A stretch of DNA of 63,418 nucleotides, counting the filler, from Kipferlia bialata (Eukaryota), in the NCBI GenBank assembly GCA_003568945.1. It is 6 parts of 5 records of this genome, joined end to end, with 100 filler letters (N's around TTAATTAATTAA, not from the genome) between each part and the next. Parts side by side here need not be neighbours in the genome. Positions count along the whole stretch, not along the records: positions 35,986 to 55,625 come from BDIP01000410.1; 5 more parts are not named here. One strand, written 5' to 3'. The stretch's first letter is position 1. Each line of letters begins with the position of its first letter. This document shows, in pieces, positions 38,604-52,435 of the stretch. Under the pieces are notes generated by a model. It had not been told where the DNA came from. It saw only the letters and a list, made by a program, of their open reading frames with translations, and did no database searches. Position numbers and translations under genes: made by a program.

Positions 38604-41405
38604 ATGACAAAGCAAGGTAAGGCCCACTCTCTTTAGGCATCTGGGTCATATATACATGGATGTTGCATAGTATACACCACTGGCACTCATGTTGTATTCT
38701 CACGGCAAGAGAGATTGCATATATCAGTCAGGTTAACGTATTACAAGACCTCTGATCTCACCCCTAAGTGCTACTTGCCCTGGTGTTGATAGCCTTGGTG
38801 TGCACTGTGGTGTCTGAGGATGTGTATGTGGACCTCCGCATGGCTGGAACACTCACTAATGCAGGGTGGGTCAGTGTCGTATAGAAGGCAGTATCATCAA
38901 CAAGCCCACCTACTGAGTTCGTTATGGCCATTGGATTACATCGATGCAAGGAATGGGTCTCTTACACCAGCTACACACCGAGCATGCAAGAGTCCTCCGT
39001 TGTGTATGCCCGTGACGCAGTGGCCGGGATCGATGAGATAGCCTCAGCCCATATTCAGGTAAGAAGACACACCGCCCATGCATCTTAGGGTATCACTGCA
39101 CACCTCGTCTCACCCAGCTCACCGTTGATGTGTCTGACACTGCTATAGTCGACGTGTTTGTGGCGCACTGTGCCTCTGATGTGGCTGACGTCCCAGCTAC
39201 CGTCGTCACCCACCGCACTTCTGTGTTCTCAGGGTATGCCTTCTCTGTAGCGACCTACGCAGTGCCTATTGTGAACTCTCTATACACTATCAGCGTCGCA
39301 TCTCACTCCTAAGGTCTGGTACATTCGACAAGGAGATGTACCTGACTCTCGAGCCCCTCAGCGTCAAGAACTCTGATACTAGCGCCAACTGCTTTGGAGT
39401 GCAGATGACAACCGACGAGAGTGCTCTAGGTATGCATACCCATAATACAATACACCCTCATACTAAAGTATTACCCTATATTCCCCTGTCTCTGTGGTAG
39501 AGACTGTATACCGACTGAATACTGACACACATCTCACTCACAGTTGGCACTGGGTACAGGTGCACATACGAGGCAAATGCACTTGTAGACATAGAGGTGA
39601 GCTAGGTAGATAGTGCTATACATCTCCCGACTTCCAATACGGTCTACACTGTCACCTTTACCGTAACCAATGGTCTCCAACTCACTGTCAGGAGTACGTT
39701 GCTCTTCCCCCCATCTCTGGTGGCACCATCCCTGCCACTGCCACTCTTGTACCGGACAACTACTACAACGGCCAGGTATTAATACTCCCAATTAGACAGT
39801 GTTTACTATCATGTGTACGATATGAGCAGTGTATAACTCTATCTCCTTCATCTGTGATATAGCAGTGTCGTATACCCTTCACATTCGTCACCACCAGACC
39901 TCCCTCTGGGTGTATGAGGATCCCAATGTATATGAGACCGACATACAGTGCACAGGGCGTCTTGCACCGTACGTAACCCTCCATCTGTCTCTCTGCTCTT
40001 TCTCTGCCAGTGATATGCACTCCATATACATTCTACCTTCTTTCAGCATAGTGGCAATCCTATGTCTCGATATGTTGTACTTAGTACCCAAGCTCCCACC
40101 TTAGAGGCGACTACCTTGAAATCGGTCTTGCCAAGTGCTCAGGGGGGACAATGACAGGTACTGGGAGACTCATGGTCCTTGTGTAACTCTACTTTCTGTA
40201 TACGCTGCAGTCTCCAACAGACGCATACCCCCTGACGGCCAGGTCGTGCCGCCAAGCACTCTGCCAGTAACATCGGAGTGGAAGAGGTCGGCCTGGACCT
40301 TGGGGGGGACTACAACTGGTACTTCACCCCACATGACGGCTACAACTGCTGGTACGTAACCTCATAGGTGGCTATCCCTTCTATCTCTGAGTGTGACCGG
40401 TGTAATCATCTGACTGTTGTACTCCCCACATGACTCCCTCTGTCACCCACCGCAGGTATGTTCAGTACGAGGCCAACCGCGACTTTATCGGCTCCCCTGG
40501 GTTCTCCTGTGAGTACACCACTCATGACTTTGATAGCCAGAGGTCGGACAGGCCCTTCGACAAGGACAGCTTCGACAGCCTGAGGTGGGTGGTGCTAGTA
40601 CTAATGCCTACCGTTTGCACTTGCTTGCCATGAATAACACAGTGATATCGATCCTCTCACCCTCAGGTATGTGCCATACCAGTATGACTCTTGGGTGCTG
40701 CGTCCAGACACGCTTACAGCGATGGACATACAGTGCAACACTGACGGGTACTTCACACAGGTAGGAGAAGGGGGCCATTGACTCATACCCCACTTGTTTT
40801 CACCCATCACTGGTACCACTGTGTCTCACAGTCAGTCTGACTTCTTCTCCGTCTACGCAGCCCACTGTGAGACCACTGGCCACAACTACCCTGTGATCAC
40901 AGACATGGTCCTGAAGGTGAGGTCCTATATGAACACATTCCAATAGCACCGAAGTAACTACTGTGGACATCTCTACATATTCAAGTACAATCCTCTCACC
41001 CCAGACCCAGGGTCAGGGTGTGATACACTCCTTTGATACCATCAACCTAGACCCCTTGTACAACTGTGTCCTGGTGACTATGGAGACAGCATCAGCAACC
41101 GGGGTTGCTGTCACCCAGAGTGACGCGCCCCTGACAACGACCCCTATGCCCATCCTGTCTTGCAACTACAGCGTGTCTTCTCTTCATGGGGCCACTCCCT
41201 GGTGGGGGTATGTCACTGCATCCCTCCTTCTACTGGGCGCCATAGGGGCAGGGGTCTACGGGATGCTCAGGTGGGTTCATATTTACATATACACATATAT
41301 ATGTTTATATCACTGCCATGTGCCTCCACACATGTTAATCTCAGGTACCGCAAGAAGCACACGCACCATGATCTTCTGGAAGAGACTCCCGTGGACTCAG
41401 TGTAG
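38604..41405 (+). CDS. Type-I membrane/surface glycoprotein-like protein, multi-exon, function unknown
   Basis: Signal peptide MTKQVLLALVLIALVCTVVS; Cys/Tyr/Thr-rich ectodomain; TM segment WWGYVTASLLLLGAIGAGVYGML followed by RYRKKHTHHDLLEETPVDSV*. Confidence 0.72.
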
Positions 41406-42402
41406 GAGGCCAACAGTGAACATCTATTGGCTTCACTGTCTTGATTGACCACTGCTAGTATGAAATGTGAAGATGCAGTATGGTTAGAACAATTCGTGAT
41501 AGAATAGACTCCACCCATTCCATTGGTACACATTGTGGCCAACACCCTTACTGACTTGATGAGTGTACTACATTTATGGCAGAGCCGTGACTTATATAAT
41601 GTGTTGGGGAATAGGAGGGAGGAGGAGGGGAGGAGGAGACTATCCACCCGACTAGCCTTATTGTGATATGGACCATATGCATAATCAATATCTAGTTTCC
41701 TGTGCGCTCAGTTAGTCTGTTGATAATGGATGTTAATAATGGATGGTGAGACATTGAAAGAATGGCAAGATGGAGCGTACGACAACAGTTGTGTCAAGAG
41801 CAGGGCATGTAGTAGATGCGAAGTGCCCTCATACAGGATTGTTCTGACAACGTCAGAAGGAGAGAGGAGGATAGTGGATTGGGCATACTTAACAGAGGTA
41901 TAGAGAAGGGTTAGAGGAAGCATTCAACACTACACATAGCAGAATAAAGGACACAGGCCTAGTTGACTCTGAAAAGCATACGTGATAACAAGGGGACCCC
42001 TTGAAGGGGTATACATTGATAGTGCCCATCCTTGATGTGGCATAGAATATGAACAATGTTCAATGAACATAGATGCATAGTATGCATCTATGCATCTATG
42101 CATTGCATACACATGGGTAGATATAGTGAATTCAAGCTCAACACATGCTGTCCAGTGAGAGTAGATGCACAATGACTGACAGGATGTAATACCTACTGTG
42201 CATCTGCATAGAAAGCAGTGGACACGCACATTTTGAGTGCCAAACCAACCGTATATAATTGCCTATTTCATTGTCGCCTCCAACCACACTGATTGGCATT
42301 TTGACGTGACGTGACATGCTTGCTCCCCACTATCCTATCTATTGACACACAACACAACTAACGACTCAAGGTAGGAGCCCTCCTGGGATGCGTTCACCCC
42401 CT

Positions 42403-42990
42403 CTACTGGTGGTTGAGGGTGTCCACGATGGCCTTGACGGTGTCCCCCCCGTTGTTGATGATGCCCATCATGGCCACAAAGAGAGGCCCCTCCTGCTTCT
42501 TGAACTTGACCTGGGTCAGCACCCCGTGCACGACGGCCCACACTCCCTCAATGGCAGAGCCCAGCTTGGAGATCTCAGTGGGGACAGGGGGGAAGGCGGG
42601 GATGACGGCAGCGGTCTCGATGGGGGTGTATGGCTTGCCCTCGTTGACCTCGCCAATGGCGTTGATCAGCTCGGTGTTGCCGTCAGCGATGAGGGTGTAC
42701 AGTACCTTGATGGAGGTATACACGTCGTCGGCGTACTTCTTGGGGAGGTGGTCATAGGAGAGACCGATTCCGGCAATCAGAAGGCCGTCGACAGTGCCAA
42801 ACATGTTGGACAGCTTGGTGTAGCCGTGGCAGGACTCCTTGGCATCACCTGTGAGGGAGGGATCGCACTGACCAGCTGGCACAGCGCCCTCGGCCTTCAT
42901 GCGAGGCATAACGGTGCTGCCCTCGACCTTGGGCATGCCTAGAAGAACAGAGTGGGGGTAGCAGACATCAGGCTGGACGTTGGGGCACAT
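42403..42990 (-). CDS. Hypothetical alpha-helical protein of about 195 aa (start uncertain), apparently intron-free
   Basis: Open ORF with the strong codon bias of highly expressed genes in this window; no recognised domain. Confidence 0.75.
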   Translation of the reverse strand: MCPNVQPDVCYPHSVLLGMPKVEGSTVMPRMKAEGAVPAGQCDPSLTGDAKESCHGYTKLSNMFGTVDGLLIAGIGLSYDHLPKKYADDVYTSIKVLYTLIADGNTELINAIGEVNEGKPYTPIETAAVIPAFPPVPTEISKLGSAIEGVWAVVHGVLTQVKFKKQEGPLFVAMMGIINNGGDTVKAIVDTLNHQ

Positions 42991-43167
42991 GATTGCAAAA
43001 TGTTGAGGTAGAAGAGGCAGCTATGAATATTTTGCTTGTTCTGCTTGTGTGTCTCGGTGTAAATTCCATACAGCAAGTGTATTGATGTTTCCTAAACATC
43101 CGTAATCATCATTATAAGTACCTCTATCCCACTGTCACAGTCACCAACTGGGCCTCTTCAACCTCTG

Positions 43168-43506
43168 ATGTCTACCGATCCCTTTGCCCACGTGATCGGC
43201 GAGCTGAAGGACGCTCTTAAGAGTGGTAGCGGGCTCGTTGAGCCTCTTCACGATGCCAGTACCGTCATTGAGGCTTTCCAGGGTGTCTTGGACGCTGTCA
43301 AGTCTGTTGATACCACTCTTAGGGATGTCAAGGACATAGCAGTGGTGCTGAGTGCTGTCTGTGTCAGCCTGGGTCCAATTCCTGTGGTGGGTGAGCTCGC
43401 AGAGGCCTTCGAGGGCGCTGTTGCCGCACCAGCCACGGAGTTCCTTACCACTACGTACAATGAGTTCAACGTGCTCTATCAGGAGGCGGTGGCACCTGCA
43501 GTGAAG
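43168..43506 (+). CDS. First exon of a hypothetical amphipathic helical protein (continuation not resolved)
   Basis: MSTDPFAHVIGELKDALKSG...EAVAPAVK followed by donor GTGAGA; the phase is incompatible with the next exon beyond the poly-C tract. Confidence 0.65.
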
Positions 43507-43753
43507 GTGAGAGGTGGTTTAGACTCACTATGGGTGGCATACTACAGTATTTTGATAATTCTATTTGGCATCGGTGTGACTGTGCAGTTCAGTGTCAATC
43601 GGTGACAACGTGTGTACAGTGTATCCAACTTAGTACTGATTGGCACATCTCCCACTGACGTTTGGCTCACGATATATTGACACTATACACTGGTACTTGA
43701 GCCCCCCCCCCCCCCCCCCCCGCCCCCCCCCCCCCCCCCCCCCCTCCCCCCCC

Positions 43754-43784
<31 letters not shown>

Positions 43785-43800
43785 TTTCTCTCTGACGCAG

Positions 43801-46800
43801 TTGTCCCTGCTGACGCTGCCCTCTCCCAGCAGATCTTTGCCCTGGAGACAGAGATAGCCAAGCTGCAGAAGGACGGGCAGGGTATGTTGTATATACGTAT
43901 ATATGAATGCGTGTGTGTATATATGTATATATGTGTGTGTACACCCTCATGCTTCTGACTCCCTAGGCTGGAGGGCCTATGTCCATGGTATCCAGACCGG
44001 CACAGTGCAGTGCACACCAGACCAGATGAGGAGGTGGGTGGGATGTATATATACGCACAGAGTCAGCAATAGTCCATGGCCTTTTATACTGGAACCTGTG
44101 GAGTCAACCACCCGCATCTTCCCAAGTATCTATATAGAGTGAAGTGTTACTACACACCTTCATCCTCAGGGCCACTGACAATGTGCACATATGCGATGCC
44201 ACCGTTGTGGCCAAGAACAAACAGCTGCAGGTACGGGTCCCTATATACTCATGTTGGACATCGATGTGTGTGTCACCCCCCACCCCCAGGCCAAGTTACA
44301 GGAACAGGCCACTGCCAGAAGAGAGTATGCCATGCACCCCCACCTGCCCCTGCCCATACTCACGGCATATGCTAAGGTGGGGGTTAGGGGATACGGGTGT
44401 TCATTGTTCTGTGTGTTGATGTGTCTACCCTTCTGTCGCTACCTCCTCCTACTATCTACTGCCTGTCTGTCTCCTCTGACCCCAGACCCTCTCCGAGCGC
44501 CCTGTCACCAAGGCCAAGAAGCCTAAGAAGGGGGCAAAGAGACACGCCCAGGGGTGGGTAGGACTCTCCTCTCTCTCAGCTCAATATATGTCTACCTACA
44601 TGGTCGATATACCCATCCACCCACCCCAGCTCCCCTGCCGTTGATGTTGAGACACAGCTGATAGGCGAGGCTGCATACAAGCTCACAGCTAAGGTCGGTA
44701 TATGCCTATTATGCACATGCCTGATGCCCCTCTGACCCCAGATCCTGCGGGACTCCTTCTTCTGTGCCAACCCGATGCACATAAGGGTGCAGGAGGAGCT
44801 GGGGCACATCGCAGACAGGTGGGTGGGCTCAATGGCTATGTCATCACTGTATCACTGTATCAATGTATCAACTATCAATGTATCAATTATGTACTGTGGC
44901 CGTATACACACATGTATCAAATATATGAACACCATCCCACTGCATAATTCCTACCGCCAGGCTATCCGAGGCCAAGGCTGAGATAGAGGCCATCAAGACC
45001 AGGGACATATCCACTAAGGTGGGTCACACATGTTGTATATGGTACATTGCACTTGCACTATATATATATCCCCTACCCACTGACCCAAGGTCTATAGAGC
45101 CCAGAAGAAGAACCTCACCAACATATCTAGGTAACCCCTCTGTATCCATAGCTCTACCGACCGACCACACACGGGACACCTCCTAATTAATACCCGATCC
45201 AATATTACATACCCCCCCCCCCTTACCCCTTACCCCTTAGGTCCATGCAAGCCTCCTTCCACTCCATATTGAGGCCTGTCTCTGAGGGTATCCTCTCTAT
45301 GCTGACATCCTGCATGGCACCTGCTATGAAGAAGACAGAGAGGGCGGTGCGTGCATATACAGTACCTACAGTAGGCTGGTAAAAGTGGAGTCTTACATCC
45401 AGGAGAGAGAGGCCCTGAGAGAGGCCCTCAAGCCATCTGTGTCCAATGCCATTAGGTACCATCACTATATGGGCAGCACTTCTATTGATAGCTGTAGATA
45501 GAGCAGTGTATGTATAGCTATGGATACTATGAGTCCTACTGTCAAATGATTTGACTTAGCTTGTCATGTTAGTGTAATTCATGCCCTTCCGACCCCCTAG
45601 AGACACCTATGAGCGCACCTTCTTTGAGAAGTCCAGGCTAGTGTTCCACGACCTGTGCCGGAGACACCAGGGTGAGGGGGGTGGTGTGTAGGGTCTGTGT
45701 TTCTATGCTATTATTTTGTATATATATATATATTTGGACCATGAGTTCTATCTCCTCACCCCCAGGTGTGTTTGATCGTGGGTGTGACACCGTGCTGGAG
45801 CTGCTGCAGAACCACCCCATCAAGGGCGGGTCTGCCAAGGAGGAGGGGGTGTCCGTGCTCTACTCCTTCCTACAGTTCCCCACCCACATCATGTACCCCG
45901 TGCCCCACATGCCATTCCAGGGTGGGTGTATATATTGTGTGTGTGTCTGGGCAGTACTATAGTGTGCCCTCCCTTACCTCCTGCCCTCCACCCACCCCCA
46001 GACACCGTATCTATGCTCAAGAGATGGGACACATTCGGAGACCCAAGGTGCGGTTGGGTGGTCATTGTATCTTAAAGTGGTGGTATATGATTGCATGTAT
46101 GGTATTGCTGCAAGTATAGTATGACCTCTATGTCCATTTTGTCTATATCAACCCCAATACACCACCCATTGACCATCTAAGTAATGCTATCCCCTCCCCC
46201 CCCTGACCCCCAGACTCATCATCCAATACCTGGACACAAACATGGAGAGCACCGTGTCCAATGACCTCAAGGTTAGGGAGTTCTCTAGGCTGAGTCCAGA
46301 GTCATTCCCTTTTGTCTTATGTCTGCATTGCCATACCTGTTCCCCTCCCACCCCAGGGCTATGTGGCTGACTACTTCCTCAAGGACCCCTCGGCCAAGGA
46401 CATCGGCCTTGAGGGGGAGGAGGTCAACGTCAGGTGGGGAGTGGGTGGGGTGGTGTTGTGATGGGAGAGGGTTAAGGGTTCATGTATCTAGAGGGACTGG
46501 AGAACAGTGTGGTATTGTATCGATACGGCGCGTGGTGTCTGGATATGTTTCTATACTGCTTATATATAGCCCATCCATCCATACATACCCCCCCCCCAAC
46601 TCCAGTGTGGCCTGTATTGCCATGGGTGTGGCCCATATGGCCAACATAGTGGGGGACGTCAAGGTGGGGGTTGTAGTGTGTGGATGTTGTAGTCTTGTGG
46701 TAGCGTACCCCTGTTAAGAGAAATTGGTAGTCATTCATTCCCCCCTCCCCCCAGGCCCTGTACCTGTCTCTGATGGATGAGTTCTGGGATGATTCGGATA

Positions 46801-47049
46801 AAGCCAAGGGCTTTGCCTCATTCGACACAGCCATCCTGAGGTGGGGGGGATATGTCTGCACAATATAGATATCTACCTTCCTTGTGCCCTCTCCCATACA
46901 CTCTATCCTGTCCTCATGGACTGACCCCTCCTGACCCTAGGATCATGGAGCTGGAGGTGTCGCACTTCCATGCCGAGGAGGAGGCTAGGCTGGGCATCAA
47001 GAGATACGACGAGGACGTGGCACCCTTCCTATCCTCGACCATATTCTAG
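43801..47049 (+). CDS. Coiled-coil protein with a divergent VPS9-like (Rab5 GEF) C-terminal domain; probably 5'-truncated
   Basis: About 18 in-phase exons. The C-terminal PFQDTVSMLKRWDTFGDPRLIIQYL..GEEVNVSVACIAMGVAHMAN..LYLSLMDEFWDDSDKAKGFASFDTAILRIMEL follows the helical spacing of VPS9 domains. The gene is solid; the domain call is tentative. Confidence 0.45.
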
Positions 47050-48236
47050 GCATACTGGTCGTTTACTAGACATTCATTAGACAATATACTTGACTATTGA
47101 GTCGGGGTTCTTGGAGGCTCACACATTACTTGGGACTCTACATTCACTACGCAACATGTGAAAGTTCTTGCGATTGTCTCTCCACTAAGTGAAGAAGCAG
47201 TCGCATCTTGTGAACCGTTCCTTTGGTGATGGGAATGCATAGCATATGAATAGTGAAGTAACCAATACGGCAATATCGCCGAAATGTATCATATATGATA
47301 TGTGTGTTCAACACATTGTGTATTGCCATGATCACCGACTCTGGGGACTCGCAAGTGAGGAATTCTGGTCATTGGTGACCGATATCTGAAGAGTACAGTG
47401 TAAACAGAGGTTCTGAGTAAATAATGGCCCGCGACCAAGTATAGAACCAGGCTACGGAGTCCAGGTTGCCTTTGCCTGATGTGTCATACCTCAGTGACAC
47501 TCTCAGTGACACTGTCACCCTAACGGATCAATGCAACAAATCTATGTAGTTGCGGTATATCACCACTGATGACACCGGTCAAGAGAGACTCTATTGCCTT
47601 GACTCGCCTGTAGCCGTAAAGAGAGCGTTGACACGTCTTGTTTCTGTTCTACATTATGTGGAACGTCGCCTCACTTTCGAAGTTGAAGATCTCCCATCTA
47701 CCTGGTGCTGATATAAGATGATGATGATCCCCCTGTACTCTCTTGTGACCGAAGTCGTCTGAGGGTTTAATACAGACCACTGCCTTCCCTTGAGTGATGG
47801 CAGAGCCTCCAGTGTCGCTAAACGGAAAGCTATCGATTCGCAAATTACGAAAGTCCATAACTGTCGTCTTTCCACCGTCAAGGTGTCTGTGGTATGAAGT
47901 CGCCTGTAGGCGACACCAACCGCATACCTTCAAATAGTAAGCTGATGTATGTACATCAGAATGCATTCGTGAATAGGAGTGTGCCAATGACAATAGGATG
48001 GAAAAGGGGAACACATCAGGTTCCATACAGGAAGGTAACAGTCAATCATGAGGAGACGATCGTTATATTGAAATGTCTCGGGACCTCTCAGTCTGTGTGG
48101 ACAAGAGGTGCCGTAAGTAAGAGCCCTAGGGAGCATAATGAACAGTAGTGGCTACAGTGTAGCGTTCACCACTACATAGAAACACGAACCACCGAAACTT
48201 TCAAAGAGAACAAGAGGTCCTCCACCTGCAGAACAC

Positions 48237-49009
48237 TCATTTCTTGTCAGCCTTAGCCTCCGCCTCCTTTAGGGCCCCAGTCAGGTTGGCCAGCTTCTTT
48301 TGCATGCGTTCCTGCTGGATCCCGACCTGCTCCCTGATACGCACCTCGACTAGGTCATCTGCCGCATAGTCCCTGATCTCTGTCAACAGCTTCTCTGCAC
48401 TCACTGCGGTCCCCCTCAGGGTCAGCAGGACGTCCCTGATGTAGGACACCCTTGTCTGGGTACAGCAGATGGGGGACGGGTGGTGCCACTGGCCCCGGGA
48501 GTATCGCAGCCTTTCCCCATGTCCCACACCCTCGTCCACCTCATCATGGGTGATGTGACGCACGTAGGGGTGTCTTGGAGGTATCATTGTGCGGTTGTAC
48601 GGACAGTGCACCTTACACGGTGTAAGACTCCTTGCCGCAGTGTCACCAGCCCTCTCCTGATTAGCCTTCTCAATCGCCTTGTTCCTCTGGCGCCGCTTCT
48701 TCTGTTTAGCCTTTGTCTGGGCCCGTTTCTTAGCCTGCTTGGCCTGCTTGAGTCGAGCTGCATCCTTCTCTACCTGGGAAGGGTCAGTATATATATATAC
48801 TAATACATTATACACTTGAGACACAAAAGGTGGTGAGTAGTATGCATACATACATAACTTCATGGTACATGCCAACACACACCACTTGTTCATACCTCAT
48901 CATGGAACACCGCTGCCAACTGCCGCATGTGTGCCTCGTGCTGGGCCGCCTTGGCCGCCTTGGGGGTCTTGGGCACCCTCTTCCTCGTGAACTTCAAGCC
49001 GTCCTTCAT
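48237..49009 (-). CDS. Small Lys/Arg-rich coiled-coil protein, function unknown
   Basis: MKDGLKFTRKRVPKTPKAAKAAQHEAHMRQLAAVFHDE spliced to VEKDAARLKQAKQAKKRAQTKAKQKKRRQRNK...KEAEAKADKK*; true start uncertain. Confidence 0.65.
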
Positions 49010-49155
49010 AATGTGGCGACAACACCCTGATATGAGAGAGGACACATATGTATGCGAGTCGTGTCATGTGTAGAACGATAGAGAGGACGAGGGAACGGGC
49101 AAGGACAAAAGGTGAGACGACTGTAGACAAGAGTGGGTATTGAAACTTGGGCTAA

Positions 49156-49963
49156 TCACAATCGGCAGATATGCCTATCCACGTGCACCCTGTCCGTACC
49201 GCTGTGTGCAAAGTGCTCCATTGCCTGCACAAACTCAGGTCGCAGGTCATTGCCAGCCACGTCGATCTGGGTCAGACGTAAAACAACTGTAATGCATCCA
49301 TACTTCGACTTTGCCTGTCTCCACTAGGGTCCATCAAACACACATCTAAAACACACATCTATACACGAGTGTGTGAGTCGTAAACGTGATACAATACTAC
49401 TGCACCATACCGTGTGTAACTGGGGCATTCCGACCAGGTGCTTGGCCATACTGACAGCCCCCTCGCCTATCTCGGGGATGTTACAGTCGCACAGGCGGAG
49501 CTAGGGTGAGAATGGACGCACTAGGCCTAGTTAAACAAATTGTCCTATTTGTTAGAAATATAGTATATGCAATATATATACCAAGGCAGGGGACTCACTT
49601 GGCTGTATATACATCCCTAAGTACCCAAAGTATATCACACGTAAGACATACTCAATCAATACACAGACTCACCCTAGCGAGCCCCAACATCTTGGGCAGA
49701 GCATTGCAGAAGAAGATGAGGCCTTCGTCGCCAAAGAGGTTGTTGCCTAGGTCGAGCTGGGGTCAGCGGTACATGATTGACACAAATACGGCAGTAGAGA
49801 GACACAGTACTAGGTGCGTCAACCCAGCCCTCTCCCCCCCCATCCGTGCCCCCACCTGCTGCAGGGAGTCCATGGTCGACAGGGCGGCACACATGGCCCT
49901 GATGTCTGGGGGCCGCAGCCAGTTGTAACACAGCCTCAGCTGGGGTCAGAGTCGTATTACACA

Positions 49964-49997
<34 letters not shown>

Positions 49998-52435
49998 CAT
50001 GCAGCCAGCACCAACTGTGTCTGTACGATTCTGACCCACGTACCCTCTTGAGGGATCTGATGCATGCCACGGCCTCTAGCACCGGTGCTGTCCACACCCT
50101 GCCCCCCTTGCACATGGTGATACGGAGCTGGGGGTGGGGGGCATGCACATAGGGACACGGGTAGGAGAGAGACATACTGTGAAGCAGAAAGGGTAGGTAC
50201 CCAACATACTAAACAAGGTGATACATGCAAAAGGGGGAACGGGAGAAGTAGAATATCAGGCGCCTGATAGATCCAGAACTATATCAACTACTGTTAGTAC
50301 TATATATGTATGTGTGTGTTATGTGTGTGTGCGTACCCTCTCCAGAAACCACATGGAGGGGATGGCCGCGGCCAGTGCCTGTGCCGAGGCAGGGTGGGAG
50401 AGATCCATCTCGGAGATCAGCAGCTGATGGTGAGACACTCAACGTGACATATGAGACAGACACTTTCTGGTGTATGCTGTATGGTCATGCCCACTACATG
50501 GTATGTATATAGATGAGTAACCATACATCAGAGTGTACACTCCCTCCCTCACCTCTCTCAGTGGCTGCATACTGGCCAGACAGTGACACATGGCGGTCCA
50601 TGCGTCTTGGTCAGTAGCCGAACAGGACATCTCCAGCTGGGGTGAGGCAGTGGGAGTGAGGGAGAGAGTACAGCACATAGTACAGAGAAGATGCGTCCAC
50701 CGTACATACACCGTACATACACGATATATATACATGTCCCACAGAAGGTGGGCATTAGTATACGAGGAGGGACTGACGAACACAGATGAATATACAGAGG
50801 ACACCACACTAAGTGAGGGAGTACCTTGGTGAGTCTTACTATGCTGGGCAGGAGGCCAACGAGCACACTGACAGCAGGGGAGGACATCATGTCTCCCTGA
50901 AGCGCCAGCTAGGGTGGGTATGGGGGAGGGTATCAGTGATATATACAGTTACACAGGAGTGTAGCTATTGATGGTCACAATTACGACATAGTACACAGAT
51001 GCCAATATGCATCAGTGGGTTGGCATGGATGTTGACATGACAGATACATAGTATACCCAGGTACCTTGTGCAGCTTCGAGAGCATGGGATAGCTGTCTGC
51101 CAGAGCCTGCAGCACACACGGCCCAGGCACACACGTACACATGGCCCTGTGCTCAGACATGTATGTGGTGTAGTCCTGGTCTATGAGGCACCAACAGCTA
51201 CCGATCTCAAGCTGGGGTGAGGGACGAGGGGGAAGGGACTAAGGGGGGCACTGAGTACGCGTATATACATGAGCAGACACATGTACATATATATATGTGT
51301 ACACATATATGTACCTCCTCCAGCCCCTTCAGGTGGGTGAGGGACCTGATTAGTGCGGCCATCCCCTCATCAGGGGAGGGTCCCTCCCCAACCCCCTCTC
51401 CACTCAGACACACCATGTCAGGCAGCATGACCTGAGGGGTCAGGGGGGAGAGTCAGGGAGACACACACACACAGAGAGAGAGAGATATGTGCAGACCAGG
51501 CATCCACATACCCTACTAAGGTTAGGGAAGAGCCCTCTCTCTATGCCCTTGGCCAGGTGCAGACAGGCCGGCACACCCAGGGCCGTGTCTTCACCCTCAA
51601 TCTGAAGGTGGGAGACATGGTCAAGTGTGTACACATGGGGAGTCATATATAGACATATAGATATACTAGGTTATGACAAATGACTAGTGACTGATAGGGT
51701 AATGTATATAGATCTATGTGGCACCTCCTGCACCAGGGTCAGGGGCGGCATGTGGGAGAGCAGACACTCCATGGAGACATCACTCACATCACCTACCACC
51801 AGCTGGGATCAGAGGGTAGGGGAGGGGGGGGGGAGAGAGTGAGGGAGGCACCGAGAGAGAGAAACCCAAAGAGTACAGACACCGTGTTATCTCTGTCTTG
51901 TGCATCACGTACTCTGTCGAGATATGTGAGCCGAGGCAGGACCTCTGCTAGGGCCTGACACGCCTTAGTCCCTATGGAGCCAAAGTGCAGCTGGACCTAG
52001 GGGTGAGAGGGGGCTGGAGAGATGGGAGAAGACTGGACCACCCCGCACCGTTGACAACAGGGGTATGTGAGGCATGGCCTCTATCAGATGTACTAGCCAC
52101 AGGTCACCGTCCCCTCCTACATCACTGGGGGTGCCCTTGGGGGCAGTATCAGTGTCAGTGTCATGAGACAGCACAAGCTGGGGTCAGAGGGTGAAGCCTA
52201 CTCACAAGCATACTGAACACACACAACTCTCTGTCTAATTACACCCACCACGCACATACTTGTCCTCCTTGTCCGCGATGTCCATCAGACACTCCTGCAG
52301 GATGGACACGGCAGGGGAATCCAGCCCCACCCTCTCATAGAAGGCATCGAACTGGGCACTGTCCCACTCATCACATCCATCACATCCATCACACTCACGC
52401 CCAGGGCCTCCCTCGCTCTCTCCCTCCCTCCCCAT
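49156..52435 (-). CDS. RNI-like leucine-rich repeat protein, multi-exon
   Basis: LRR units LDLGNNLFGDEGLIFFCNALPKM, LRLCDCNIPEIGEGAVSMAKHLVGMPQLHT, IDVAGNDLRPE, LIRSLTHLKGLEE and CLHLAKGIERGLFPNLS; stop TGA at 49158-49156. Confidence 0.8.

Noticed and set aside
47100..48200. Microsatellite-free 1.1-kb intergenic stretch with short ORFs (47649-48026)
   Set aside because: No codon bias, recognisable motif, consistent splice chain or terminal repeats, so a gene or mobile element cannot be supported.
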